From the NCBI GenBank assembly GCA_900551235.1, contig URUU01000003.1, positions 4,308-68,307 of the forward strand: 64,000 bases of DNA, in the 5' to 3' direction. The DNA comes from an uncultured Lachnospiraceae bacterium (lineage in GTDB: Bacteria; Bacillota; Clostridia; Lachnospirales; Lachnospiraceae). Below, piece after piece: positions 49,951-59,749 of the stretch (position 1 is the first letter of the stretch; each line of letters opens with the position of its first letter). The position numbers and the translations under genes are program-made. Under the pieces are notes generated by a model. It saw nothing but the letters and a program-made list of their open reading frames with translations. It did not search any database and had not been told where the DNA came from.

Positions 49951-51231
49951 CTATTTCAGTCTTCCAAGAACACCTGCAAAGATTTCATCTGCCATCGGCG
50001 GGTATTTTGCCAGCATAGCATCTGCTTTTGCATTCAGTTCTTCTGCATATTCTCTGTTTTTCATGGATTTTGTGTTGATATACACATTCAGGGAGGCTCC
50101 TTCCAGTGCTGCCTTACAGAATGCGGCACCTACGCCTGCATCACTGATCGCAAGGACTGATCCCTTTGCTGCAAATTCCCTGATCAGTTCAATCGCTTCA
50201 CAGCATTTTTCCATGATCTCCATCGGTACAGAGCATGCATCTTTCAGCACGATCTCCATAACGCGTGCTTTCTCTGCTTTCTCTTCTTCCGTTTCTCTCG
50301 GCATGCCATATGCCTTGGAAAGTGGCTCAAATACTTCTGCATCTTTCTCTACCAGAGTCAGCAGCTCTTTCTGAAGAACATCACATTTTGCTTTTAACTC
50401 CTGCATTTCTTCTTCCACATCCGCATATTTTTTCTTTCCGACGGTCAGGCTTCCGACCATATTTCCAAGAGCTGTGCCGATCGCACCAACCAGTGCAGAT
50501 GCACCGCCACCGCCCGGAACCGGTGCTTTGGAAGCCAGAACTTCTACAAATTCATTACATGGTACCGTTGAAAATCCCATTGTAAAATCCTCCTTCATTT
50601 TCTTTAATGTCCCGATCGCAATATCCCCGACAACTGCCAGATCCTCTGCTTCAAAGGACAGCGGGAAATTATCCGAAAACAGAATCTGGGAGGACGGGGG
50701 AAATTCTTCATCTCCTGCCCACAGCAAAAACTGTACGCGATGCCCGTTGATAAATTCAAATTCATATCCGGCATCGCCATGTCCGCAATCTGCTGCCCCC
50801 AGTGCTTCCATTTTATTTTTAAATTCCTGCAATTTATTTCCATAAGAAAAAGCAAGCCGCATCATACATCTTCCGTTAAACTGACGGTAATAAACTTCTC
50901 CATGCGGCACTTCCCGATAAGTCAGAAACTTTCCGGTGCTTTCTGATTGCACACCTCTTGTAAGAAAACGGATCACCATGATCTTTGGCGGAACGCCATC
51001 CTCCATGGCTCCATATCCTTCATCAAACGGATTTGCCTTTCGGATGGTACATTCCGGCCATTTTACAAGAAATGCTTTCTGCATCATTCGCACTTCAAAT
51101 TCCTGTGTCTCTTCATGCCAGGGTACTCCCACCCTGGCTGCGGCCTCTTTTGGATCGATTGCTGCAAATTCCTCCAGATAATGTTCAAAAGGAATTCTTT
51201 CCTTATTATCTTTTTCGTATCTTACCTGCAT
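49951..51231 (-). CDS. fchA: DUF3786 domain fused in frame to formiminotransferase-cyclodeaminase-like methenyl-THF cyclohydrolase (FchA)
   Basis: N-terminal YRE.P.G..Y...F...W.GDEEFP...ILF (DUF3786); C-terminal ASKAPVPGGG, SDAGVG, LNVYINTK. Confidence 0.85.
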   Translation of the reverse strand: MQVRYEKDNKERIPFEHYLEEFAAIDPKEAAARVGVPWHEETQEFEVRMMQKAFLVKWPECTIRKANPFDEGYGAMEDGVPPKIMVIRFLTRGVQSESTGKFLTYREVPHGEVYYRQFNGRCMMRLAFSYGNKLQEFKNKMEALGAADCGHGDAGYEFEFINGHRVQFLLWAGDEEFPPSSQILFSDNFPLSFEAEDLAVVGDIAIGTLKKMKEDFTMGFSTVPCNEFVEVLASKAPVPGGGGASALVGAIGTALGNMVGSLTVGKKKYADVEEEMQELKAKCDVLQKELLTLVEKDAEVFEPLSKAYGMPRETEEEKAEKARVMEIVLKDACSVPMEIMEKCCEAIELIREFAAKGSVLAISDAGVGAAFCKAALEGASLNVYINTKSMKNREYAEELNAKADAMLAKYPPMADEIFAGVLGRLK

Positions 51232-51288
51232 AAAATTCTCCTTTTGATGCCGCATTATCTTCCGTCTCACATACGTTCGACTTAAATT

Positions 51289-53211
51289 TTACCGATTCGG
51301 AAACAGGGATGCATCTGTGTGCGGCAAAAAACATGCCCCTACAAATTCATCCATATACTGCGGAATCGTACTGAGTTCAATATATGTCATATTAGCGGCA
51401 AGATCATATACTTTCCGCTCGGATCCGGTAGAACAGAGCATCGCATACGCACCTGCCAGTGATGTATTTCCTACATAATGATACATTTCAACCGGAATAT
51501 CCGGGAACATACCGATATTGATCGCATTTTCCATGTTGATACCGCTTCCGATACCGCCTGCAACATAGACATTCTCGATCATAGAGATATCAAAGTCACA
51601 GTAAGAAAGCATGGTGCGGATTGCAGAGAAAATAGCTCCTTTCGCACGGATAAAGCTGTCGATATCCACTTCTGTGATCTCTACATCTTTGCTCGATCCT
51701 GCTTCTTCGCCTTCAAATGCCAGCACATAGCTGCCCATTCCGTCTGCATCGCGTTTTACACGGCGACCTTCTCTGACAAATTTTCCTTTTGGATTGATGA
51801 TCTTGCAGCGGAACAGCTCACTGATAATGTCAATGATACCGGAACCACAGATACCAACCGGTTTTGTGCCTTCCCCGCCAACGACCGTCAGCTTTGGCTC
51901 CATCGTTTCTGCATCGATCGTACATGCCTCGATCGCACCATCGGTCGCCCGCATACCGCAGCTGATATCTCCGCCTTCAAAGGCAGGTCCTGCGGAACAT
52001 GCACAGCTGAACATAAAGTCTGAATTGCCAAATACGATTTCACCATTTGTACCAAGGTCGATAAACAAAGAGAACGGCTCCTGATTCCACAGCATCGTCA
52101 CAAATGCCCCTGCTGTGATATCTCCGCCGACATAACTGCCGATATTCGGTGCAAGGATGATGTGTGCATCTGGGTTTACCTTGATGCCGATATCTCCTGC
52201 AAAAATTGAGTTCGTCTTAAAGAATGTCGGGATATACGGCTCCATACGAACCGGATCCGCATCGACACCGATCAGAAGATGGTTCATCGTGGTGTTCGCT
52301 GCAACTGACATACGGTAAATGCTCATCGGGCTGATCTTTGCCTGACGGCACATCGTCTGTACCAGTGGATTGATGGTCTCTTCAATGATGGCTTTCTGAA
52401 GCTTGTCCTGACCTCCCGGCTTGCGGGATTCGATGATACGGTTGATAACATCTGCACCATAGCGGATCTGACCGTTACCACTGGAGCCTTTTGCAAGGAT
52501 CTTTCCATCTGTCATATCTATGATGATCGCAGATACGGTGGTTGTACCGATATCGATTGCAAGTCCTGCAATGACCGGTGTTTCATCCGCACCGCAGATG
52601 TCATAGACAAAAATGTCTTTTTCTGTTTTTCGGATCACAACGTTTACATCAAAATTGTGTTCACGCAGTACCTGTGCCATTTTATGGATCACAGAATACG
52701 GAAGCTTTACACGCTGCATTCCGGTAATTTCGCGGATGGCTCTTGTCAGACGTTCGTTGTCCGGCATAGTGTCATCCAGAGTTGGTACATCCATCTTAAC
52801 ATGGATGCTTTCAAGATTATTTTTGAGTTCGATACCTGCTTCTGTAATCGATTGCTTAATATTATCAAAGATTTTTACTTCATCCGGCGATGACAGATCC
52901 GCAACTTTCATCCGGCTGCGATATGCGGAAGCAATATCCGGCACCAGTACAGCAACATCCGCATTTATTTTGCTGCAGCATGCCAGACGCCATCCCTGTG
53001 CATATTCTTCATCACTGATGTGTCTCGTTTGTTTGGAATCCAATTCTCCGTCCACGAGTTTTACTCTGCATTTTCCGCAAGATGCATTTCCTGAACAAGG
53101 TGCATCGATAGCTACATTTGTTTTTCTCGCTACCTCAAGAAGGCTCTCACCGAAAGCAGCGAAGACTGTGACATCTTCGCTGTTTTCAAACTTAAAAGTA
53201 ACCTTATACAT
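51289..53211 (-). CDS. acsV: Corrinoid reductive activator (ASKHA/RACE, N-terminal [2Fe-2S])
   Basis: CSGNASCGKC, IDIGTT, YGADVINRI, DLGTNGE, SAGPAFEG. Confidence 0.92.
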   Translation of the reverse strand: MYKVTFKFENSEDVTVFAAFGESLLEVARKTNVAIDAPCSGNASCGKCRVKLVDGELDSKQTRHISDEEYAQGWRLACCSKINADVAVLVPDIASAYRSRMKVADLSSPDEVKIFDNIKQSITEAGIELKNNLESIHVKMDVPTLDDTMPDNERLTRAIREITGMQRVKLPYSVIHKMAQVLREHNFDVNVVIRKTEKDIFVYDICGADETPVIAGLAIDIGTTTVSAIIIDMTDGKILAKGSSGNGQIRYGADVINRIIESRKPGGQDKLQKAIIEETINPLVQTMCRQAKISPMSIYRMSVAANTTMNHLLIGVDADPVRMEPYIPTFFKTNSIFAGDIGIKVNPDAHIILAPNIGSYVGGDITAGAFVTMLWNQEPFSLFIDLGTNGEIVFGNSDFMFSCACSAGPAFEGGDISCGMRATDGAIEACTIDAETMEPKLTVVGGEGTKPVGICGSGIIDIISELFRCKIINPKGKFVREGRRVKRDADGMGSYVLAFEGEEAGSSKDVEITEVDIDSFIRAKGAIFSAIRTMLSYCDFDISMIENVYVAGGIGSGINMENAINIGMFPDIPVEMYHYVGNTSLAGAYAMLCSTGSERKVYDLAANMTYIELSTIPQYMDEFVGACFLPHTDASLFPNR

Positions 53212-53214
53212 TTA

Positions 53215-54000
53215 TTAGATCTCCAGGTAGGAGTCCGCATACAGAGTATTGCCTTTGAATACGTCACAGGATTTGATGGTTTCCATCAGACGCAGGTCGT
53301 TCGGGTTAACGATTGCAGAAGTCAGACCCTGCATCATAGCCATTGCAACCAGGGCAGAATCCATGATCGGACGGATTGCTTTCGGCATACCGTTGGAGTT
53401 ATTGGACAGACCACCTGTAGAATTCAGACCCATATCAGAGAACATCTTGATACATTCCAGAACCTGCATCTGTTTGTCCTGCATGCCTTTTACTACCAGG
53501 AACAGCGGATCGAACCACAGATCCTCTGCTTCCATACCATGCTCCAGACCTCTTTCCAGAAGCATCTGGCAGTAACCCATACGCTCATCGTTGTCTTTTG
53601 CAATACCTTCGCCGTTGCACAGTGCAATAACGATTGCATCATTTGCTGCTGCCAGGTCAATGTTTTCGATTCTTCCTGCAGCATCTGCAGAGTTTACGAT
53701 TGGTTTTCCTTTAGAACGGTTGTACACAGCGATACCGGCTTCGATGGCTGCTTTATTGGATGTATCCAGTGCCAGAGGTACGTTGTCAAATTCACCCTGC
53801 AGCAATTCAACTGCCCATTTCATCAGATCCGGGCCATATCCTTCTGCCGGTCCGATGTTTACATCCAGATATGTAGCTCCTGCATCCAGCTGCTGTTTTG
53901 CTCTTTTTAAGATCGGTTCCGGATCTCTTTCCAGAAACGCTTTATTTACTGCTGGAGCTGTTGTTGAAAGTCTTTCTCCGATTGTAATGAATTTTCCCAT
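53215..54000 (-). CDS. acsE: Methyl-THF:corrinoid Fe-S protein methyltransferase
   Basis: IGER, YLDVNIG, LDT, VNS, GLSN pterin-binding fold; operon context. Confidence 0.92.
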   Translation of the reverse strand: MGKFITIGERLSTTAPAVNKAFLERDPEPILKRAKQQLDAGATYLDVNIGPAEGYGPDLMKWAVELLQGEFDNVPLALDTSNKAAIEAGIAVYNRSKGKPIVNSADAAGRIENIDLAAANDAIVIALCNGEGIAKDNDERMGYCQMLLERGLEHGMEAEDLWFDPLFLVVKGMQDKQMQVLECIKMFSDMGLNSTGGLSNNSNGMPKAIRPIMDSALVAMAMMQGLTSAIVNPNDLRLMETIKSCDVFKGNTLYADSYLEI

Positions 54001-54032
54001 TATTTTGTTCTCCTTTTGCTTGTATATTTAGT

Positions 54033-55376
54033 TTATGCAAAGTCTTTCATGAACTTAACAAGCTGAACTGCTTCGTTTGGAGCAATGATGATCTCCCAGC
54101 CTGGCATTTTTGCTTCCAGCTCGCCCTTCAGGACAGCTACTTTACCAGGAATGATCAGTTTTCTGCTCTTAACCTTTCCTTCGATATCCTGTTCCTGGAA
54201 GAACTTGGCGATAGAAGAGGAAGAGAATTTACCAGCAGCCCATGATGTCAGTACGGAAAGACCGCCAGCATCATTGATAATCAGGTTCACCGGTACACCG
54301 GAACGTTCCAGTTCTCCGGAAACCAGGAAGTAGGTCAGTGCGAAGTCTACGGTTGTCAGGCATACAGAATTTTCATCTGCCCCGTTCAGAGGATAAATGC
54401 CCGGCTCCACTTTCATTGGCTTCTGCGGGTCTGTGAACAGGTTCTGGCGCAGACCATACAGAGGCAGAGCTTCTGCATAACCGATGTGTTCTGCAACGAT
54501 TACAGAACCATATTTCATGGTAAACAGGGACAACAGTGCTGCCTGTTTGTGAAGATCACCTGCTGCGATCGTGTGCAGATTTACAATAGAAGGATATCCG
54601 AATGTCCGGTCGCCGTCTTTGATCGCTGCTTTACGGATCTGAACAGCATTTTTGAATGTCTCTTTTACGTCCGCTCCGGTTACATCGATCACCAGGTTCT
54701 TGTTTCCAAGACCTTCCAACTTTTCTACTGTATCATGGATTTCAGACAGATCTGCTCCGCTTACGCCAAGTACAACACCTGCTGCTGTGGCAGCAGCGTT
54801 CATTGCTTCGTAGTTGGAAGCATCTGCACCATTCAGGATCGGTTTTCCGTCTTTGCATACTTCCAGTGCTGCTTTTGCAACTTCAGCATCTTTGCAGCCC
54901 AGGATCAGGATACGTCCTGTCTCTGCTGCTTTTTTTACCAGCTCAACATAATCCTGTTTGCCGTCCGCACTGTAATTTACATATACCATCTCAACGAACA
55001 TACGCTCGCCGATACGTTCATAATCAACTTTTTTGATATCTTCGAGTTTCTGTGCAACGGTCTCATCATCCATGCATGTGCAAAGAGACATTGCATATCT
55101 TGTTCTGCTTACGAATGTTTTCTCATGACGGAACAAAACAGTTTCTCCACCCAGGGACTGCTCTGCATCGCCTGCACCAACTTTGATCGTTTTCATTGGC
55201 GGCTCGGTAGCTGCTGAAAGTTTAGCCAGTGCTTCCGGTGCGAAATAAGGACAAGCAGCGATATCAACTGCACCCTGTGCAACTTTCATAGAGAATGCCA
55301 TACATGTCGGGCATCCACATTCTTTACAGTTTTTCTTTGGTGATAATTTAAAAATATCAAGACCTTTAAGTGCCAT
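54033..55376 (-). CDS. acsC: Corrinoid Fe-S protein large subunit
   Basis: PKKNCKECGCPTCMAF...CPY, GGETVLFRHEK, SVLTSWAAGKF. Confidence 0.96.
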   Translation of the reverse strand: MALKGLDIFKLSPKKNCKECGCPTCMAFSMKVAQGAVDIAACPYFAPEALAKLSAATEPPMKTIKVGAGDAEQSLGGETVLFRHEKTFVSRTRYAMSLCTCMDDETVAQKLEDIKKVDYERIGERMFVEMVYVNYSADGKQDYVELVKKAAETGRILILGCKDAEVAKAALEVCKDGKPILNGADASNYEAMNAAATAAGVVLGVSGADLSEIHDTVEKLEGLGNKNLVIDVTGADVKETFKNAVQIRKAAIKDGDRTFGYPSIVNLHTIAAGDLHKQAALLSLFTMKYGSVIVAEHIGYAEALPLYGLRQNLFTDPQKPMKVEPGIYPLNGADENSVCLTTVDFALTYFLVSGELERSGVPVNLIINDAGGLSVLTSWAAGKFSSSSIAKFFQEQDIEGKVKSRKLIIPGKVAVLKGELEAKMPGWEIIIAPNEAVQLVKFMKDFA

Positions 55377-55403
55377 AATTACATCTCCTCCTTAACGCAG
55401 CTC

Positions 55404-56345
55404 TTAGACTAATTCTTTCATCAGACCGGAAATGGTCTTGATGGATTCCGGATGTTTCAGGATTACCGCATTGGAACCGGCAGCGATAACTGCCATTGCA
55501 GTTTCTACTTCCATATCGATTCCACGTTCTTCCTGTGAGCCCCATTCAGGAGCATCTGTTTCAGAAGCCATAGCTTCTTTTACACCCCAAGCCTCAGATG
55601 CTACCGGAGTAATGATCGGCATCTGCAGATTTGCATCGCCCTGCTGCAGAGCTGCTGCTTTTACACGGTCCATAGTAGAGATAACATACTCAAAACCGTA
55701 TCCAACTGCTGCAGTACCTACGTTCATAACGACACTCTTGCTGTCAACACCAAGCTGAGAGATCAGTACGTTAAGCTGTTTAGCCAGGTTGATATCAACG
55801 GCTGATTCAGCACCTACTACCTGTTTGTAAGCCAGGCCTGCTGCTGCACCTACTGTCTTGTAATTTTCTTCTTTTGCTGAGAGGATAACTGCATTTTTAC
55901 CGTTCAGGGCTTCTGCCGCTTTAGAGAACAGTTCTGCGTCTTTCTCAACATTTTTACATCCGCATACTACAAGTGGAAGATCAACTGCATCTGCGATCTC
56001 TTTCAGTTCACCAATCAGTTCTTCTGTAGATTTGTTTGCCCCGTTTGGATCTCCGCCTTCCATACGGAAACTTAAAAAGTCTACACCTTCCATAGAAGCT
56101 GCTTTCCTGGCCATATCTGCCAGAGTAGCACAGCCTTCATAATATTTTTTGATGCACTCCGGCTCATGTTCCATACCGAAATCTGTGATCTCGATACCTA
56201 CCTTCGGTGCATTTTCGATCGCAGCATCAAAAGAATACAGCGGGAATACATTCTCGCCTCCGATCTTCACTGCTTTATCGCCAGTACCAAACTCAACAGT
56301 GTTGATGCTGGCATTGAATTTTCCTGATTTTGCTGTAAATGGCAT
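55404..56345 (-). CDS. acsD: Corrinoid Fe-S protein small subunit
   Basis: IGGEN..P, DINLAKQLN, GYGFEY, AWGVKE. Confidence 0.95.
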   Translation of the reverse strand: MPFTAKSGKFNASINTVEFGTGDKAVKIGGENVFPLYSFDAAIENAPKVGIEITDFGMEHEPECIKKYYEGCATLADMARKAASMEGVDFLSFRMEGGDPNGANKSTEELIGELKEIADAVDLPLVVCGCKNVEKDAELFSKAAEALNGKNAVILSAKEENYKTVGAAAGLAYKQVVGAESAVDINLAKQLNVLISQLGVDSKSVVMNVGTAAVGYGFEYVISTMDRVKAAALQQGDANLQMPIITPVASEAWGVKEAMASETDAPEWGSQEERGIDMEVETAMAVIAAGSNAVILKHPESIKTISGLMKELV

Positions 56346-56491
56346 TTCTAAAAATCCTCCTTCATGCTTTTTAGACTGTTATAAAAACATTACTTTTATT
56401 TTACAACAGCAGCCTGTAAAAATCAATTATTTAACAGTAAATTATAAAAGTCGGCTTTCCGGACTATCCGCATAAAGCCAGAAAGCCGATA

Positions 56492-56664
56492 TTTGTTTCA
56501 AATGCCTGCTTCGCAGTCGCTTGATTTCTTTCCTCTCGTCCTTTCGGACATCTCCAGAATCGCAGCTTCGCTGCTTCGCACTTCGTGCTCCTGATTCTGT
56601 CGCTAATCGCCGTTTCAAGCATGATGCTCCAGATTGCTTTGCATTTCATGCTCTCGCAATCTGA
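56492..56664 (-). ncRNA. Structured multi-hairpin intergenic element, resembling (from memory) the Clostridiales-1 RNA motif
   Basis: Nested stems capped with GAAA/CGAAG loops: CAGATTGC..GCAATCTG, CAGAATC..GATTCTG, GCACGAAGTGC, GCAGCGAAGCTGC, GTCCGAAAGGAC; outer ATGCTTGAAA..GGCATTTGAAA. Confidence 0.55.
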
Positions 56665-56773
56665 AAATATTCGAAATCCACCCTGTCGGGCTACTTTCTC
56701 ATATTTTTGTGGGATCCAAACTCATGGATTCTCATGCAAGCATGAAATCCATGATCTTTTCTCCCTTGCATCA

Positions 56774-58897
56774 TTACATCATCGGTTCCATGGTAAGAGC
56801 CGGATGTCCTTTTTCTTCGAGGTATGCCAGCAGTGTTTCCGGATCTTCTGCGATGGTCTCATCTGCGATCATATCACAGAAGTTATCGATGCCGTACAGT
56901 TCTTTTGCTGTTGCGTTCAGTCTTTCTGCTACCTGTTCTTTCAGTTCTTTCGGCATCCATACGATACGTGCTACTCCGCCTTCTGCTTTCATGAATTTTT
57001 TGGAAGCGATGAAATGTTTTCCATGTCCCATAAATCCAGGAGTCTGTACTCCACCACCTGTCATGGAAGCCAGTTCTGAGAATGTCATACCGATCGGAGT
57101 CATGCCTGCATATTCACGGTTTGCGATGCAGACACCGTTTGACAGCGGTTCGATACCACAGATACACTCGAAACATCCACAGGATGTCATCGGTTTTTCA
57201 ATGATAGAGTACAGGGATACGTCTTCCAGGGCACCCTGTGAGAATTTCTGGACTGCTTCGTTTACGTCTTCGTATTCACCGATACGTTCATCGATCGGTC
57301 TTTCTTTTGTGATAACCTGGCATGGTCCCTGAGGATCCAGCTCGTTGGTTGCTTTTGCATCCAGCCATGAAACAGCTCCGCAAAGTCCCAGTCTTTCCGG
57401 TGTAACCACGCATACGTGGGACGGGGAGAATGCCTGGCACATGATACAGCTGTAGTATACATCAACACCTTCGTCTGTCAGTGTGTTCAGACGCTCATCA
57501 CGTTTGTCAAACAGCGGCATAGCTACTTCATGACGGACTCTTGTACATTCTGCCGGGTCTGTGTAGATGGTTACCTGACATTTATCTACAACGGCTGCGA
57601 ATTCGCTCTTAACTTTTGCATACAGAACTTCACCGATGTGTTTTGCACGGAAGCCTGCTTCAAATGTTTCTTTGCTTACACGGATACGGATCATATCACG
57701 CTGACCGGTATGCATCATACCTTCTACACAGTTCAGGTATGAGTGGAATTTACGCTCGAATACCGGCTCGAAGTCGGACTGCATACTCTTTCCTGCTACT
57801 TCTACTACATAACAGATGCTCTGTTTGCTTCCTACCGGCATTTCGTCGATGTCCGGTCCTACCAGTGTGATCTTGTGATCTTCAATCTCAGATGCATCCT
57901 TTGTCATAACCAGCTCACAGCAGTCTACACGGGAGCCGTCGAATTCAACCTGCATATCGCCGCGGCGGATGATCTCACCTTCAAATGCAGATGCGAATGC
58001 AACCGGAATGTCGATGTTTGTGATCTTGATCTTGATATCTCTTGCTTCCAGAGAAGTTGCGTTGAATTTGGAAACGTCCGGCTGAACGATCAGGCTCTTT
58101 GGAACTTTGAACGTATCTTCGTTTGTGATTACCGGGAAACCAAGTGCGATCGCACCTGCTCCACATGCAACGATAACCGGATCAAGCGGTGCAAATGCAT
58201 TTACAAATGCCGGTACACGTTCCATGGTGTATTTCATCAGGCCTGCTGCATCACCCGGCTGAATGTTGCCGAAGATCAGGGCTGCTCTTACTGCAACGGA
58301 TACAACATGTATTACACTTGTAACATCTTTGCCCAGAGGAATCACACGTACGTTTGCGCCTGTTTTGTAGCCAAGTTCTTCACACTGATCGATGATACCG
58401 CCAACCAGTGTAACCAGGATACCCTGTGACTGATAGCTCTTTACCAGGTCAACGCCTTCCTGTGCAGTCGGTGCAGCACCAAGGATAACTGCAACACCCG
58501 GGATATCACCTGTTACCAGCGGTACACCAAGTTCACGGATCACTGCATCTGCCAGATGTCCGTAGCACGGAGCTTCGTATGGTGCTGCTCCGTCAATATA
58601 TTTCAGTACTTCGATAAATTCTGCACACAGAGCGGTTGCAATACCGGACATAAATGCATCATTTAATTTCTGCTCTCTTGTCATCAGCGTTTTTACAACA
58701 CCCAGAGCTTCTTTTAACTGTCCCAGTGTAGCAACCTTTGTACCGGTTACTGCATAATAACATGGCAGGCTGTAAGCCGTATCCGGGAACGCAATTGCTT
58801 TGTCTGCACCATGTTTTTCGATCGCCGCATCGATTGCACCCTCTGTCAGGCCATATACGGTATCATTTCCGCTGAATACAACATCAAATAATGTCAT
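56774..58897 (-). CDS. acsB: Acetyl-CoA synthase
   Basis: PDTAYSLP, PMTSCGCFECI, TGGGVQTPGFMG, RIVWMPKELK. Confidence 0.97.
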   Translation of the reverse strand: MTLFDVVFSGNDTVYGLTEGAIDAAIEKHGADKAIAFPDTAYSLPCYYAVTGTKVATLGQLKEALGVVKTLMTREQKLNDAFMSGIATALCAEFIEVLKYIDGAAPYEAPCYGHLADAVIRELGVPLVTGDIPGVAVILGAAPTAQEGVDLVKSYQSQGILVTLVGGIIDQCEELGYKTGANVRVIPLGKDVTSVIHVVSVAVRAALIFGNIQPGDAAGLMKYTMERVPAFVNAFAPLDPVIVACGAGAIALGFPVITNEDTFKVPKSLIVQPDVSKFNATSLEARDIKIKITNIDIPVAFASAFEGEIIRRGDMQVEFDGSRVDCCELVMTKDASEIEDHKITLVGPDIDEMPVGSKQSICYVVEVAGKSMQSDFEPVFERKFHSYLNCVEGMMHTGQRDMIRIRVSKETFEAGFRAKHIGEVLYAKVKSEFAAVVDKCQVTIYTDPAECTRVRHEVAMPLFDKRDERLNTLTDEGVDVYYSCIMCQAFSPSHVCVVTPERLGLCGAVSWLDAKATNELDPQGPCQVITKERPIDERIGEYEDVNEAVQKFSQGALEDVSLYSIIEKPMTSCGCFECICGIEPLSNGVCIANREYAGMTPIGMTFSELASMTGGGVQTPGFMGHGKHFIASKKFMKAEGGVARIVWMPKELKEQVAERLNATAKELYGIDNFCDMIADETIAEDPETLLAYLEEKGHPALTMEPMM

Positions 58898-58898
58898 T

Positions 58899-59681
58899 TT
58901 ATTTACCTCCTTTGGACAGATCTGCGTCTATCCTGCTTTTTATTATTGAAATCTCTGCTTTTGCGTTCGGGCTTACATCAAACGGTGATCTTCCCTGGCG
59001 GTCTGCATCGATTATTTCTGAATTGTAATGAATAAATCCAAGCAAATCTTCCTGTGGTATTTTGGAACGGATAAATGTCTCATCATCCTCGTTCCTTACT
59101 TTGTTGGCAACCACGCGTACCTGACGGACTCCAAGTTCCGCTGCAAGTCTCTTTACATTTTTATAAGTCTGGATACTTCTTGCTCCCGGTTCGATCACAA
59201 CAATGAACTGATCCATGCCTTCTGTCGTTCCGCGGCCAAGATGCTCAAGCCCAGCCTCCATATCAAGAATTACAACATCGTTGCTCCTTAACACCAGATG
59301 ATTGATGATGCGCTTCAACATCACATGCTCCGGACACACACAGCCGCTTCCTGCTGTTTCCACGGTACCAAGAACCAGAAGTTTTACGCCATTACAGGTT
59401 TTTGAATAAGCATCTGGTATATCATCCACTTTCGGATTCAGTTTGTAGAACTGATTCTGGTCATTTGCACCTGTACGTTCCTGAATCAGTTTTCGCATCC
59501 TGGTGATCGGCACGATCGAATCCAGATCTTCTTCCGAAAATCCAAGTGCCAGTCCAAGATTTGCATCCGGATCTACGTCTGCAGCAAGAACATGCTTGCC
59601 TTCCTGTGCATACAATCTGGCAAGTGTGGCTGCAAATGTTGTTTTTCCGACACCGCCTTTTCCGGTAACTGCAATTTTCAT
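58899..59681 (-). CDS. cooC: CooC-family nickel-insertion ATPase
   Basis: GKGGVGKT, GCVCP, DMEAGLEHLGRG. Confidence 0.93.
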   Translation of the reverse strand: MKIAVTGKGGVGKTTFAATLARLYAQEGKHVLAADVDPDANLGLALGFSEEDLDSIVPITRMRKLIQERTGANDQNQFYKLNPKVDDIPDAYSKTCNGVKLLVLGTVETAGSGCVCPEHVMLKRIINHLVLRSNDVVILDMEAGLEHLGRGTTEGMDQFIVVIEPGARSIQTYKNVKRLAAELGVRQVRVVANKVRNEDDETFIRSKIPQEDLLGFIHYNSEIIDADRQGRSPFDVSPNAKAEISIIKSRIDADLSKGGK

Positions 59682-59749
59682 ATCACTATCCGCCTTCTGT
59701 TTTTCTTTGCAGGGCGGATAAAACCGCCCTGCGTTTGTTTTCATAAAGA

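Noticed and set aside
56530..56560. Hammerhead ribozyme suggested by GTCCGAAAGGACGA on the minus strand
   Set aside because: The flanks read CTGGAGAT...GAGA rather than the required CUGANGA...GAAA core
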